64,000 bases of DNA, taken from the human T2T-CHM13v2.0 reference genome, Homo sapiens. The stretch lies in NCBI RefSeq assembly GCF_009914755.1, contig NC_060936.1. One strand, written 5' to 3'. The notes beneath the pieces are model-generated. The model saw only the letters and a list, made by a program, of their open reading frames with translations, had not been told where the DNA came from and did no database searches. Numbering within the stretch: position 1 is the stretch's first letter; the number at the start of each line of letters is the position of its first letter. This document shows, piece by piece, positions 17,211 through 36,755 of the stretch. Made by a program: the position numbers and the translations under genes.

Positions 17211-17689
17211 TAAAATATAGTCAATCTTCTGCTTGGAGGGTGGAGGAGCTATGATAGTACCAAGGGGCTAGTAAAACCAAATTAGGCTAAACATGGGTAC
17301 AGCATGGATGTAAAATGAACTCCCTTAGTAATAATTACAATGTATACACAGAAAGATAATAATCATTCTCAAAAGTCATTCAAAAGTATAAAAACAATAC
17401 ATTAATGATTGTTTAGGAATACCATACCTTACATAAATTAGTGGGAGAAAAACTAATTATTGGTTAAAAAAAAAAACAGTCCATTATAATTATGTTTTTT
17501 AAGCTGAGCTTTCATTCCTGGGATCGAAATGAAAACACAATAGCCCCATTGCCTGCACAGTTCTTTCCTGCACTCAACAGCAGGGTTAGAATCCACAACC
17601 CGCTCTCAGGCTCCTTCCCCACAGCAGTCAGAGACAGTGTTCCCAGCGGGAAGGGACATCACACATCTGATTGTCAATGCAGAGGTGGC

Positions 17690-18195
17690 CCCACTGTACA
17701 ATCTGGTTCAACTTTGCCAGTAAAAAAATAATGAATGGTTTCTCAGTTGCAATGGACTCCCAGGCTGCAAATCATGTAACCTGAGCATGGCCAGATGAAC
17801 CAAGTGTGATCGATTTGTGCCCTGGAGCCAGCCAGAATGAAAAAGTCAACCACGCGCAGAACGTAGATACCAGGATAAAGAAATGGGGACCAAATTAAGA
17901 AGGAAGGGGTAACCTATTTTGTTGCAGTAGGAACTTAAAAACCAAGGACCCAACACCATTTTGTTGCATGACCCAATCAGATCATGCCTCCTTGCATTTC
18001 CCTGTCTCCCTCATAGTTACTCTCTGCCTATGAAACCTGCCCCTAGAACCAGCTCGGGGAGACAGATTTGATTGAGCATTGCTTCCTGTCTCCTTGCCGG
18101 TCAAACTTACAATAAAGCTTTTTCTTTTCTTAAAAATTGGTGCCATAGTACTGGCTTCTGTGTGCATCAGGAAGCAAGCCTATTGCTCGGTAACA
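17690..18195 (+). mobile_element. ERV1-class solo LTR
   Basis: CCAATCAG box, CTATGAAA TATA-like site, AATAAAGC signal, CTCGGTAACA terminus. 5' boundary uncertain. Confidence 0.75.
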
Positions 18196-18285
18196 GTACT
18201 TTGCAATAAGCACCATGTGGCATCCATGCATGGCTGCATTGTCCAGTCAAATGAGACAACTTCCTATGTGTTTACAGATTTTTAA

Positions 18286-18570
<285 letters not shown>

Positions 18571-18996
18571 TTAAAAAAAATTTTTTACACATATATACAT
18601 TGTAGAGTTATTTTTGCCTCTATTATCGAACATGGACTTTAGAAAGATCCTAGCATAGCATTTAATATTTCATATTCTGAAATCAAATGGAAAGAGAATT
18701 CCATGTTCATATAAATTTAAGAAATGCTTTGCTAAATTCAGGCAAACAGGATTCATTACAGGAGGGTTTCTGAGAGGCTTTGTGAATCCCAAAGAGAGGA
18801 TATGGTGGGGGTATTTCCCAGTTATATTTGGCCACACATCGATTTCCTTCTCTCTCTCTCTCTCTCTTTTGGTGGTTGTTTTCTTTTAATTAGGTCATGT
18901 CAAAGGACTAGAATTCCAAGGAGCAAACTAAAAGACTTCTTTAGAAGCTTAGTATTTCATCAGTTCAACAAATGTTTCTGAAGCCATCTAGATAGG

Positions 18997-19293
18997 TTTT
19001 TTTTGTTTTTTGAGACGGAGTTTCACTGTCGTAGCCCAAGTTGGAGTTCAATGGCACGTCTCGGCTCACCGCAACCTGTGCCTCCCGAGTTCAAGCGATT
19101 CTCCTGCCTCAGCCTCCCCAGTAGCTGGGATTACAGGTGTGTGCCACCATGCCGGCAAATCTTTTGTATTTTTAGTATAGACAGGGTTTCTCCATGTTGG
19201 TCAGGCTGGTCTTGAACTCCCAACCTCAGGTAATCCGCCTGCCTCAGCCTCCAAAAGTGCTGGGATTACAGGCGTGAGCCACCGCGCCCAGCC
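18997..19293 (-). mobile_element. AluSp-like
   Basis: Full antisense Alu. Confidence 0.92.
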
Positions 19294-19759
19294 AATAGCA
19301 TTTCTTATTAAGCCCTATTTTGCACCAGGCACTGTTCTAGCTGTTGGGGATGCTGGGTTGAAGAGACAAAGTCCTTGCCCTCAGTGAGCTTGCTTAGATT
19401 TACTCAACAAAGACAGGAAACAAACAGGTAAACAAATAAGTCTCAAAATGCAGTGGAAAAAAATGAAAAAGCCTAAGGTGACCCATTTGAGTCAACAGCT
19501 GAATGAGAAGGAATGGGAGCTCGTGAAGACCAGGAGGAATCTTTTGCGGAAATAAGAATGGTGAATGCCAAAGCTGTGAGATAGAAACCCATTTGGCATG
19601 CTCCTAGAAGCGAAAGACGATGGTGGCTGGAGAGGTAAGAGCAAGAGAAGAGTGAAAAGAGATGAAGGCAGGAGCCAGCAGGGCCAAGCGAAGAAGTCTG
19701 CTTATCGAGCTCAATGTGGCAGTAATCCACTGGAGCCTTTTCTTTTGGGTTTTTTGGTT

Positions 19760-21180
19760 TTTACTTTTTATTTTAAGGTACATTCCAAATTACAGAGAAG
19801 ACGCAAGAATATACAAGGTTCCCTAATTGTTCCCATGTTCACCTACAAATCCACAGGATAGCCATCTAAACTAAGAAATTAATACTGATATAACCCTTTC
19901 ATCTAAGATATCCCGTTCAATTTCTACAATTATCTTAATAATGTCCTGATAGGAAGTTTTTTTTCTCCTTTTTGTCCAGGATCCAATCTAGAATCATGGG
20001 TTGCATTTAATTGTCATATCTCTTTAATCTACTTCAGTCTGGAATAATTTCTCAGTCTTTCCCTGTCTTCTGCAACCCAGACTTTTTTTTTTTTTTTCAA
20101 GAAAGCAGGCTAATTATTTTGTAGAAGGCCCCTCAGTTTGGGTTTCTCTGTTTCCTTATGATTAGATTCAGATTATGCCTTTATAATAGGAATCTGACAG
20201 AAGTTATGCTGTATTCTTCTCAGTATGACATATGAGACAGTATGTGATGTTACTTTGTCTCATTTCTAGTGATGTTACTTTGACTAATATCAGATTTGTT
20301 GTTTCTCAGATTCTTCCACTATAAAGTTATTATTTTTACCTTTGTAATGCATTATTTTGTGGGGGAAAAGCTTTGACACTATGTAAATGTTCCATTCCTC
20401 AATAAACCTTCACCTACTTGTTTTAGCATCCATTGGTGTTCTGTGTCTGAATCCATCATTATCCTGACAGTTGCCAAGTGGTGATATTTATTACTAGCAT
20501 TCTAATGCAATAAAGACTTTTCTCTTTTTCCCTATTCATCATTCATTCATTCATTTATATCTGTGTGGACTCATGGGCTTCTACTATATTATACTCAAGC
20601 GATCCTCCTGCCTTAGCCTCCCAAGTAGCTAGGACTACAGGTATATGCCACCACACCCAGCTAATTTATTTATTGTTTATTTTTTGTAGAGATGGGGCAT
20701 CTTGCTCTGTTATCCATGCTAGTCTAAAACTCCTGGCCTCAGGTGATCCTCCTGCCTCAGCCTCCCATCTTCATCATTTTTTAAGCTCTTCCTTATTGTC
20801 TGGCCTATGAAAATGTTGCAGGCTCCTCTTGTGCATTTTCTGCCCAGTCCTGGAACCAGCCATTTCTCCCAGGAACCCAGTTCCTTTTAGCGACAAATGG
20901 TATTTAGGAACCAAGATCTGGGTGCTAAACGTAGTCATAGCTACAAGGTTTTTATTTCCATTACACCTTCTCATTGGACTGAAGTAGGAAATGCACAGAT
21001 ATAAACAACATATATATAAAACACATAATGCACAAACATATGTACATCTATCTCTATATCTACCTAGCTAGGTATATATTTTAAAGTACCATGACTTCAC
21101 CCTAATATCTCCAGTTCCAATCAAAAAGCGCAAAATTTATTCTGGCCTTCTGCCTTCCCATATTTGCAGCTTATTTATGT
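19760..21180 (-). mobile_element. Old L1 (L1MC/MD-type) 3' region with AluJ fragment (~20595-20767)
   Basis: Typical antisense L1M motifs (GTTGCATTTAATTGTCATATCTCTTTAATCT; AAATGGTATTTAGGAACCAAGATCTGGGTGCTA). Confidence 0.75.
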
Positions 21181-21713
21181 ACTTGCTCATAACTCCTCTC
21201 TGTAATCAATCTTCTAACCTTACCACTGCTTCCTCAACCTTGGAAGCTGGCTCCATCCCCTCCTCAGTCACAGCCACTTCCTCAGCTCTGACTGCCCTCT
21301 TGGTCCCAGCTCTTCAGGCCCTGCCAGGTATGGCTGTCTCAAAGGAAGAAGGCCAATGAATTTTTTTTTTTTAAGAAAAAAATAAGGGAACAGAAGGGAA
21401 CAAAAGATGAAGAGAAAGAGACACTGGAGAATTTGTTTCCCCTCTTTATTTTGTAAAATTTCAAACATAAAGAAAATAGAGGCTGGGCCCAGTGGCTCAC
21501 GTCTGTAATTCCAGCACTTTGGGATTTATAATATAATAAATAAATAATAGCAAAGAGATAGAATAGAAGGCTAGAGATCTGGTAGAGGAGAACTGGCCAT
21601 TGAGGAAATCAGACAATTGAGATGCTCCCCGGAAGCTCAGAGAAGAAGGGTTTCAAAGAGGAAATAGGATCACTTTTAAAATGTACCTACTATTTGCCAG
21701 GATTTTAATATTA

Positions 21714-22040
<327 letters not shown>

Positions 22041-23070
22041 ACTGAAAACTCTCAAGTGCTTCATATATTGGGCGAGAAATTCAAACAGGGTCACTTTCCT
22101 CAACAGAAAATACAGAGAATTAAAATGAAAGTAAGTAGGCATTAACGCTAAAGTGTATTAAATACTAGCATGGAAAAATACAGGATGTGCTGCAAGTATG
22201 TATTAGGGATATTCAATATAGACTGGGGAAGAATGAGGAAAGCTTCCAGGATGAAGTAAAATTTATAAGCTAAGACCTAATGGATAAGTAAAAGTCAAGT
22301 TCGAAGATGGAGATAATTTGTCCAAGCAGATATAAAAGCACATGCAAAGTCTTGGAGGTGTGATAGGGGAAGAAGCTGTTAAATAACTGAAGATGCTGGA
22401 AGTATTAAAGATGCTGAAGAAGGGTTGAGAATAAAGCTTGGGATATAGACAGGTGCTCAAGTCGCGAGAAAGTTTGGTCACTATCTACTGTGCAACGGAA
22501 GCTCTTGGGAGAGTTTAAAAGAAGCGATTCCATCAGTTTTGTGTCAGGAGGATCATTCCGACCATAGCAGGGAGAATGTATTGGAAAGAGAAAGAAAACT
22601 ACTAAAGAGGTTTTAGCAGTAATCCAGGTGAGAAATAACTCCAGCAATTCCAATAGTTCCACACCACCAGAATATGCAATTCACTGGTCTTTTTCACTTG
22701 TATTCTCACTTTTCTACTTTTGGATCCCATAATACATCAGCAAAAGCATTCCCATGCTTATGCCTTCAACTTCCTCCCACTCTTTCCCTCTGTTGAACTC
22801 TCCTGGCCAAACTCAAGCTTAGTTATATACAACTGTCTACCTACTTGACAAGTGCAGAATGTGTCTGGAAAAAAATACATGACTACACTGACAGGTTTCA
22901 CTTTACATTTTGGTGCAATCCTTGGCTATTTCCCTAGTCCATTTGCTTTCCAGCGGTCCTAGACAGATATTCCACATCTTTCTACTTAAACCTTCTTCCA
23001 TGTGCTCACTCCTGCTAATGACCTTATTTTCCATTCTACTGAGAAAACAGAAATTCCTAAAAGATAGCTT

Positions 23071-23382
23071 CTGGACCTTGAGGATATTATGCTAAGTGAA
23101 ATAAGCCAGTCGCAAAAAGACAAACATGTATGATTCCACTTAGATGAGCTATCTAAAGTAGGCAAAACTCATAGGAACAGAAAGCAGAATGGAAGTTGGG
23201 GGAGGAGGGAATGGGGAGTTGTTCAACGGGTACATAGTTTCAGTTTTGCAAGATCAAAAAGTTCAAGAGATCTGTTGCACAATAATGTGAATATATGTGA
23301 CATTACTGAACCATTCAGAAACAGTTAAGATAGTAAATTTATGGTATTATTTTTTTACCACAATCTAAAAAGAAAAAAAAAA
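23071..23382 (+). mobile_element. L1M 3' end fragment
   Basis: ATTATGCTAAGTGAAATAAGCCAG...TTTTACCACAAT followed by an A tail; TSD-like AAAGATAGCTTC / AAAAAAAGCTTC. Confidence 0.85.
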
Positions 23383-23399
23383 GCTTCCTGTTCCCAGCT

Positions 23400-24200
23400 A
23401 AGTCTGCTCTCAGCTAGGTGCTCGCAGTCTACCCGCAGTCTCCTGTCTTGCAGATGCCGACCCACACAGCTGTGTGGAATGGGGACCCAGGCCAACAAGG
23501 GCATCAACTTTGCCAAGGAAGGTGGTGCTCAGGAACCGGGATGTGGCGTGGGGCTGGGCAGCTGAGTAGCAACTGCAGGCCAGGGGCCTCAGCCTGCACT
23601 TGCACAGCTGGACACCCACCACAGCCAACCATCCTTGTCCTGCACGACTGCCTCCACCAGGACTGCCAGGGCTCCCCATGCTGGTCAGCAATGAGGGCAT
23701 CATCTGCAATTTTGATCCCACACCCTTGTGTATTCATAAGCAGCGGTGTCAATGAAAACAAATCAGAGATGTCCGCACGGAGATACTGCCCCCAATAAAA
23801 CCCCAAGGCAGAGAGGTGGATGTGTCCACTATGAAGAGTCTAAAAGCTCCTAAAGACTGCAGCCCAGAACTGCAGCAGCAGGTTCCAAGTAAGACTGTCA
23901 TGGAGGAAAACAAGTTTGTGGAAGATACAGAGAATGGAACACACGGAAGGAGGGCTGGCCCAATACAGCACATGGAGGGAGGCAAATTGGCATCATTGTC
24001 CGGAGAGTACACCAGGAAGTGAGTCAAGGAAAGGTGACAAGATCCTCCTGAATGCACACTGCCCAGGGGGGTGAGAACAAACTTGAGGGGTGCCCAAGGC
24101 CACCAAAGAAGCAGAGACACCCAAGTATTTGGCCCATTTGCTCCCAGATATTGAGGGGGCCCTACAGACACTTTGGGAAGAAAAAGTAAATGTTGACTCA
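23400..24200 (+). pseudogene. Unidentified decayed coding-like segment, probable processed pseudogene
   Basis: GC-rich and TG/CA-rich (CpG-decayed), not a repeat I recognise. One frame runs 23570-24196 with five stops, all TGA. Confidence 0.5.
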
Positions 24201-24716
24201 CATCTCCATTCTTGAGCATGATTTTGTTCTCTTTCCTGATTCAACCAAAAAGGACATTTAATTCTTGTCCAAAACAGCCCTCACTTTGACTTGCCTGCTA
24301 AGTCTATGAAGTCTTTTGTGACTTTTTCCATGATAATCTATAGGGAAAAAATATGCAATTTCTGAAAATAATGAGTGAAAATCAACACATAAAGCGATTC
24401 TTTATAAGTATTAATTTCACATATTGTTTACAAGCTGAAACAGCTCCATCTCCAGTGTATAATATATCTTCTAAAAATTAAGCCAAGGGAAGGTACAGTA
24501 TAACCCAGCGGTTGGCAAATTTTTTCTAGAAAGAGTCAGATAGTAGATATTTTCAGATTTGCAGGCCATACAATCTCAGTAAATGAGATAAAAGGTGCCA
24601 AGAGGGCTTAGGTAATTCTGAGTTAAATATGGTCATGAAAATATGCTCCTTTGTCAAGTATAAAAAATACCTAGCAATGCTCTAGAAAAGGAGATATGTG
24701 AATTAAATACTAGTGA

Positions 24717-25123
<407 letters not shown>

Positions 25124-26379
25124 TGCAGGGGTTATTTCTAATCTTTGTGAGTGTGAGATTCCCATGTCATATTTTCCCTGATACCTTGCTTTTTAAAGTA
25201 TCATATATTTTTAAAATGGAATTAAAATCAAAATAACTTTGAGGTTGTGTTATAAACCCCCTCCCCACCTGTCCTCACCTCCCACCCCCAACCCCAGCAA
25301 TGACTCAGATTCCGTAATATTGAACTGAGCATGTGGATATTTTGCGGGTCTTTGATGTTTTCCATCCTGCATAGCAATTGAGGACAAGCTATGGGCAAAG
25401 CTGTGGCCTCTACTCAACTTCACAAGCCCAAAGAATCAAGTTTCTCTTTTTTAAGAAAATTATCCTGCCCACTAACCCAGTTGCCCTCATGCTGTGGTTC
25501 TAATCTAATCCAGCAATGTGGGTAGCTCTAATCCTAATTTTTTCAATGATCCTTGTACCACAGCAAGAAGGTACACATCCGGACTCGGGAGATTGCCATG
25601 GGAAAGGGCACTTTATTCACTTTTTTTTTCTAAAATCTTCAAGTGGATTTGTTTGCCAATCTTCCCTAACAAAACAAAAACAAGAACACTTAACTCAGAA
25701 AATTTGCTAACCAAAAATTTATCTGTATCAGTTCATTTTTGAGCAGGGCTATAGGTCATCTGGCCTAATTCCCCACCTCCTTCAAAAAAAGAACTCTAAT
25801 CTCAAGTTTCTGCTTTCCCAACATTAGAACCCTCTCTCCTCAGAACCCAGGTTATCATAGAATCAGAGATTAATGCCCACATCAAAGCCCACTTTCCCAT
25901 TTCATTTACTCATTGTTCTATGCATAAGCAATACGGATCTTGGGGAATGACAAAGAATCAAAATAGAAACAAAAATCAGCTGCAATCTGAGTTATCTCTT
26001 TACTGGAACAAATCAGCCCAGTCCCTGGTATTTGATACCCAGGTCTTAAGCTGATAAATATATTTTTCTCCTTCCCAATAAATAGAGAATTCTAGAAGAA
26101 GATGTTTGCTTTCACTGGGAAGGTATAGCAAGTTCCAAAAATCCTTTCTTAAGACCCTAAACTGATAAGACATTTTTAGGTAGTAAGAGGAACAATTAGC
26201 TTTTTTGTGGGGGGGAAGGTTCCACATTTGAATCCTAGCCTTGTGGCTTGTATGTGTGCTCTTGGTTCTTGACCCCTGTGCTCTTACACAGAGAGGCAAT
26301 ATAGCAAAGTGGTTAGAGGCACAGACCCTGGAGTCAGACTGCCCAGATTGGAGTCTCGACCCATTGGAAAGATCTGGCA

Positions 26380-26993
26380 TTCACCATATAACCCAGTGAT
26401 CAAACTGAGCACCAATGATGGTGGGACAACCAGCCAGTGTACACCTCTTACATAATGCAACATGAAGTACACAGCATCTTCTGTGACAGTCTCTTGCCAA
26501 AAATGTTTTACCTGAATCTAATTAAGCCTTTGCCTAATGTCCAGATTACAGAAAATACTGGACATTGCACAACACCATTAGAGGAAAAATATCACCCACA
26601 GCTATCTTGTTTTCTTGAAAAAGTCAAAGTCATGGGGAACAAAGTTCAGGAGCATAACCAATTGCAGTGTGTGAAATGTGACTGGGTGCTTGTATGAAGA
26701 ACTTAGCCATACAAGACTAAGACAGTTGGGGAGAATTGAATATGAATTGATATTAGTCGATTTGAGGGAAATATTGTTAAATATCCTCTGTATGAATATA
26801 TTATTTATGTAGGGATGAAGTATTATGATGTCTGCAACATTGACATGGTTCAGTAAAATATACACAGAGAGACAAACAGATAAATCAAATATAGGAAAAT
26901 ATTCACAATTGTTGAAGCTTAGTGATAGATGTACAGGTATCTGTTATACTATTCTTTCAACTTTTCTATATGTTTTAAAGCTTTCAAAATAAA
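26380..26993 (+). mobile_element. L1ME-type 3' end, preceded by a MIR fragment (~26290-26380)
   Basis: TTGCCAAAAATGTTTTACCTGAATCTAAT...TACTATTCTTTCAACTTTTCTATATGTTT...CAAAATAAA. Confidence 0.75.
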
Positions 26994-27234
26994 TATACCT
27001 ACATCTGTATCCATATGTTCTACCTTCCCTGTGGTTCTTGTGATGGAAGTTTTAGCCTGATTTTCATAGCCCACATCTCCAGGGTGTGCTGGAACTCATC
27101 ACGTTCACTTACCCAAGGACATCAGAACAGCAACGTCTCCTTCTCTCTCCCACATTAGAAACCTTTCCCTCTCTTGACCCCCATTTATGTTTCTATCTAC
27201 CACTGCATTTCTCCACTACTCTACAGAAAAACTC

Positions 27235-28197
27235 AATTCAAATTATTTATTGAGTATCTACTATGTGCCAGGCACTGTTTTAGATGCTGGAGACATGGTA
27301 AGGAATAAAAGACAAAAGCACTTTTCTCATGGAGTTTATCTTTTAGTTGGTGAAGACAGACAAGAAACAGAATAAGGAACCAAATTCTATAGTATGTAAA
27401 AGGAGCCTACAAGGTAAGGAAAAAAGAAAGCAAAGTAAGAGGGATAAGGAGTACAGATGTAGAGGGGTCGAGGGTTGCTGACAACCTGTTTGGGAAATTT
27501 ATACAGACAGAGCCTTATACCAAGCGACGTGGCTTGGCAAGCAGAGCCTGAGCTAGCCCTCATTTGATTCCCCTGGACCAGGCATTTTGCAGAATAAATA
27601 TCTTGCACAACCATACAGAGTGACTCTGGAGATTTTGCAATTTAAATAGGATGGCTTTGTGAAGACTTTAGCTAGAATGGGGAGCTGTTGGTAGTTAGAG
27701 AAGAGAGATATGGTCTGCCTTATGGTTTAAAAGCATTACTTTGCCAAAAAACAAACAAACAAAATAAAAGCATTACTTTGGCTGCTATGTCATGGGTGGA
27801 CTATGTAGGGGACAGAGGTGGAAGCAGGGAAACCAGATAGGAATATAATCCAAGTGACAGAGGATGATGTCACAGATGAGACATTGGTAGTGAAGGTTGG
27901 GCACAGTGATATAATTCTGGATATATTTCTGAATAGACTAAAAAGGCTTTGCTGATAGATTGGATATGGGGTGTACAAGAAATAGAGGAGTTAATGCTGA
28001 CTCGAGAGTTTTGGGCCTGAGCAATTAGAAGGATGGAGTTTTGATTATCTGAGATGGAGGTTATGGGTAGCCCAGGGTCTGGGAGGAAAATCAGGAGGTC
28101 AATTTTCAATCTGTTAAATTTTAGTTGCCTATTAGCATTCAAGTGGAGATGGAGAGAAGTCTAGCATTCATGGGTCTCAAGGAGTTTCAGGTGGCAT
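27235..28197 (-). mobile_element. L2 inserted antisense into the host L2
   Basis: Begins ATTTATTGAGTATCTACTATGTGCCAGGCACTG, the reverse complement of the L2 3' end. Confidence 0.8.
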
Positions 28198-28360
28198 CAA
28201 AGAGTTGTCTATAGTCACTATGACCACTTCCTCTTCTTTCATTCTCCTGTGAAGCCATTCTAAACTTTCGTTCCCGCCTCTGAAACTATTGTGGTCACCA
28301 ATAAATTCCCATCACAAAATCCAATGGCTGATTCTATTCTATCTCAAATGAAACTGTTCT

Positions 28361-28709
<349 letters not shown>

Positions 28710-29304
28710 CTAGTTTTTACAAAGCCACCCAATCAGATTCATTTGGCACAGGAGATCATTTCCTCCTTTTGTGAAAAAAATTTTAACTTGGCTTCTACAA
28801 CCTCACCCTTTCCTGTTGTTCCCCATTGCTGACTGCCCACTACTGTTTAGTCTCCTGTGCTGATTATTTCTCATTTTCCCCATGCGTATGTTGAGAAAAG
28901 TGTCCTAGGGCTCAATCCTCAATCCTCAGACATCACCCCTTTGTAGAAACTCATTTTCCAAGTGATCTTATTCAGTTCTAAGTTTATATGTCTAGTGCAA
29001 AGCTCTCCTCCAAATTCCAGATTCATGCCTACTGGACATCTCCACATAGATGTCTAATATTACATTCAAACTTACAGGTCCAAAAAAATACACTATTTCC
29101 CCACCCCCTTGCTTTCCTGTAGTCTTTCACATCTCAGACACAGCAACTCCATTCTCATAACTCAAGTTAAAACCTTAGAGTCATCCTTGACTTTCGTTTT
29201 TCCCCCATACCCAAATTCACTACATCAGAAACTCTTTTCAGATCTACCTCAAAAACACATAATCCACATCTACCATTACCACCCAGTTCACTGCAATCAT
29301 CCCT

Positions 29305-30263
<959 letters not shown>

Positions 30264-30420
30264 TAATGCCACCCATCTATTTCAAATATGATTTCCATGT
30301 GATTTAGAGTAAAATCACCAGTCCTTCTGTTGCCCCACATGGCCCAAAGTGATTAGTAGCACTCCCTCTTTCTCACCAACCTTGACCCCATCTCCTACCA
30401 CTCTCCTCCTCCACCAGTAG

Positions 30421-31085
<665 letters not shown>

Positions 31086-31485
31086 TTATACCACAGTCAC
31101 CATGGCCTTTCTGCTCTTCTTGAAGACACTAAGCATGAGTGTCCTCAAGGCTCTGGCCTTTGTATTTCTCTCTTCTTAAAACCCTATTCCCGCGGGTACT
31201 TACATGTCTTGTTCTGTTACTTCTTTCAGATCTCTGCTAAAATGTCAGCTTATCAGAGGCTTTCCCTGACCACCCCACACAAGGTCCTTCCTCAGTCATC
31301 ATTCTCTATCATTCTGGCCCTGCTTCATTTTTCTCACTAGTACCTGTCATCTCCTGACATATACTTATTTACTTGTCTCTATTCACTAGAATGGAAGGTC
31401 ATGAGGGCAGCAAAGTGGTCTGTTTTCATTTTAACTACTGAATCCCCAACATCCATGAAAGTGGCCAGCATATAGTTCTCAGTAA

Positions 31486-31783
<298 letters not shown>

Positions 31784-31856
31784 AATATTTGTTGAATGAA
31801 TAAACAATTGAATGAAGAATGATGGCAGTATGAGTCAGAACACAGATAGTGGAAAT

Positions 31857-32170
31857 GTGTGGCAGCCAGCCTCCAAGATGCTCCCAGTGGTCCCCGCCTC
31901 TAGTATTCATGCTCTTGCATCAGCCCCTCCTACAGTTTATACAGCAGACTGACACATGTAACCAATAGCAGAAAAGACAATTTGTGACTTACAAGGCAAG
32001 GTCATAAAGGACATTCTGGCTTCCATCTCATCTACTCCGCTGCATTGCACCATGCCATGAGGACACTTAAGCAGCCTGTGGAGAGGCCTTCGCAGGAAGA
32101 AACAGAGGCGCCTGCTAAGAAGCACCATGAGAGTGAACTCTCTGACAAGCAAGTCTTAAAAACCAGTCAT
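31857..32170 (+). mobile_element. MLT1F-like LTR fragment
   Basis: TGTGGCAGCCAGCCTCCAAGATGCTCCCAGTG start. Confidence 0.7.
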
Positions 32171-32171
32171 C

Positions 32172-35288
<3,117 letters not shown>

Positions 35289-35310
35289 TTTCAGGATGGC
35301 AACCACAGAA

Positions 35311-35723
35311 TCTTTTTTAAAAAATTATTTTAAGTTCTGGGATACATGTGCAGGATGAGCAGGTTTGTTACATAGGTAAACGTGTGCCGTGGTAGTTTGC
35401 TGAACCTACCAACTCATCACCTAGGTATTAAGCCCCACATGCATTAGCTATTTATCCTGATGCCCTCCCTCCCCCCACCCCACCCCCCGACAGTGTGTGT
35501 TGTTCCCCTCCCTGTATCCATGTGTTCTCTTTGTTCAGCTCCCGCTTATGAGTGAGAACATGTGGTGTTTGGTTTTCTGTTCCTGTGTTAGTTTGCTGAG
35601 GATAATGGCTTCCAGCTTCATCCATGTCCCTGCAAAGGACATGATCTCATTCCTTTTTGTGGCTGCATAGTATGGTGTATATGTACCACATTTTCTTTAT
35701 CTAGTCTATCATTGATGGGCATT
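35311..35723 (-). mobile_element. L1PA 3' end
   Basis: L1PA 3' UTR; TSD AACCACAGAA (35301-35310, 35724-35733). Confidence 0.92.
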
Positions 35724-36441
35724 AACCACAGAACATTTAAATCCCAAGTGTTAGGCCCATAAGAGTGTAGGGCTCTGTGTGAATACACTGTTTGAATGCC
35801 CATCAAGCTGACCCTGCCTGGATTAGATAGTAAAGTTATAGGACTGAATGAGTTCTATAGGGAAAGATGAGAAGAAAAGAGACCCAAGACCTGAAGCTAG
35901 AAAAGCAACAACTTTTACAGGATGGGCAGAGAAAGAATATCCTGGTGGCCAAAAGTTGTATTTAATCAGATGAATGAATGAGAAAATAATTGTTCTGCGA
36001 TCCCTGACTTGAAAAAGCTTTGCAAATACAAATAACCTGGCTGTATATTAATATTTTATTTCACAAATTATTATTGTATGGATGATAATTCTTCAGGGTT
36101 AAATGTGTGGTTCTTACATAGGCCTATTATCCTATTTCTGAGGCATATATTGATTGCTCAACTGAAAAAAAATGCAGAAGAGAAGTGGTAGGAAATAAAA
36201 TGGATTAGAGGAAAGAATGGAATTTACTAATAATAGAGTTCCCTTCTAGCAACAGTTACCTTTACATATAAGGCCAACAATGTTTCGCTGCAACATTTAT
36301 CAAAGAAGAAAAATGTAAACTCTTAAAAATCTGTGAAGAATTCTAAATGACTAATTAAAACTTGTTGCAAAGTCAACTTCGATAATTTTTTAACTACAAA
36401 GTAACTTTGACCGAAGTCTTAGTCCATAAAAATGAGAACAA

Positions 36442-36755
<314 letters not shown>

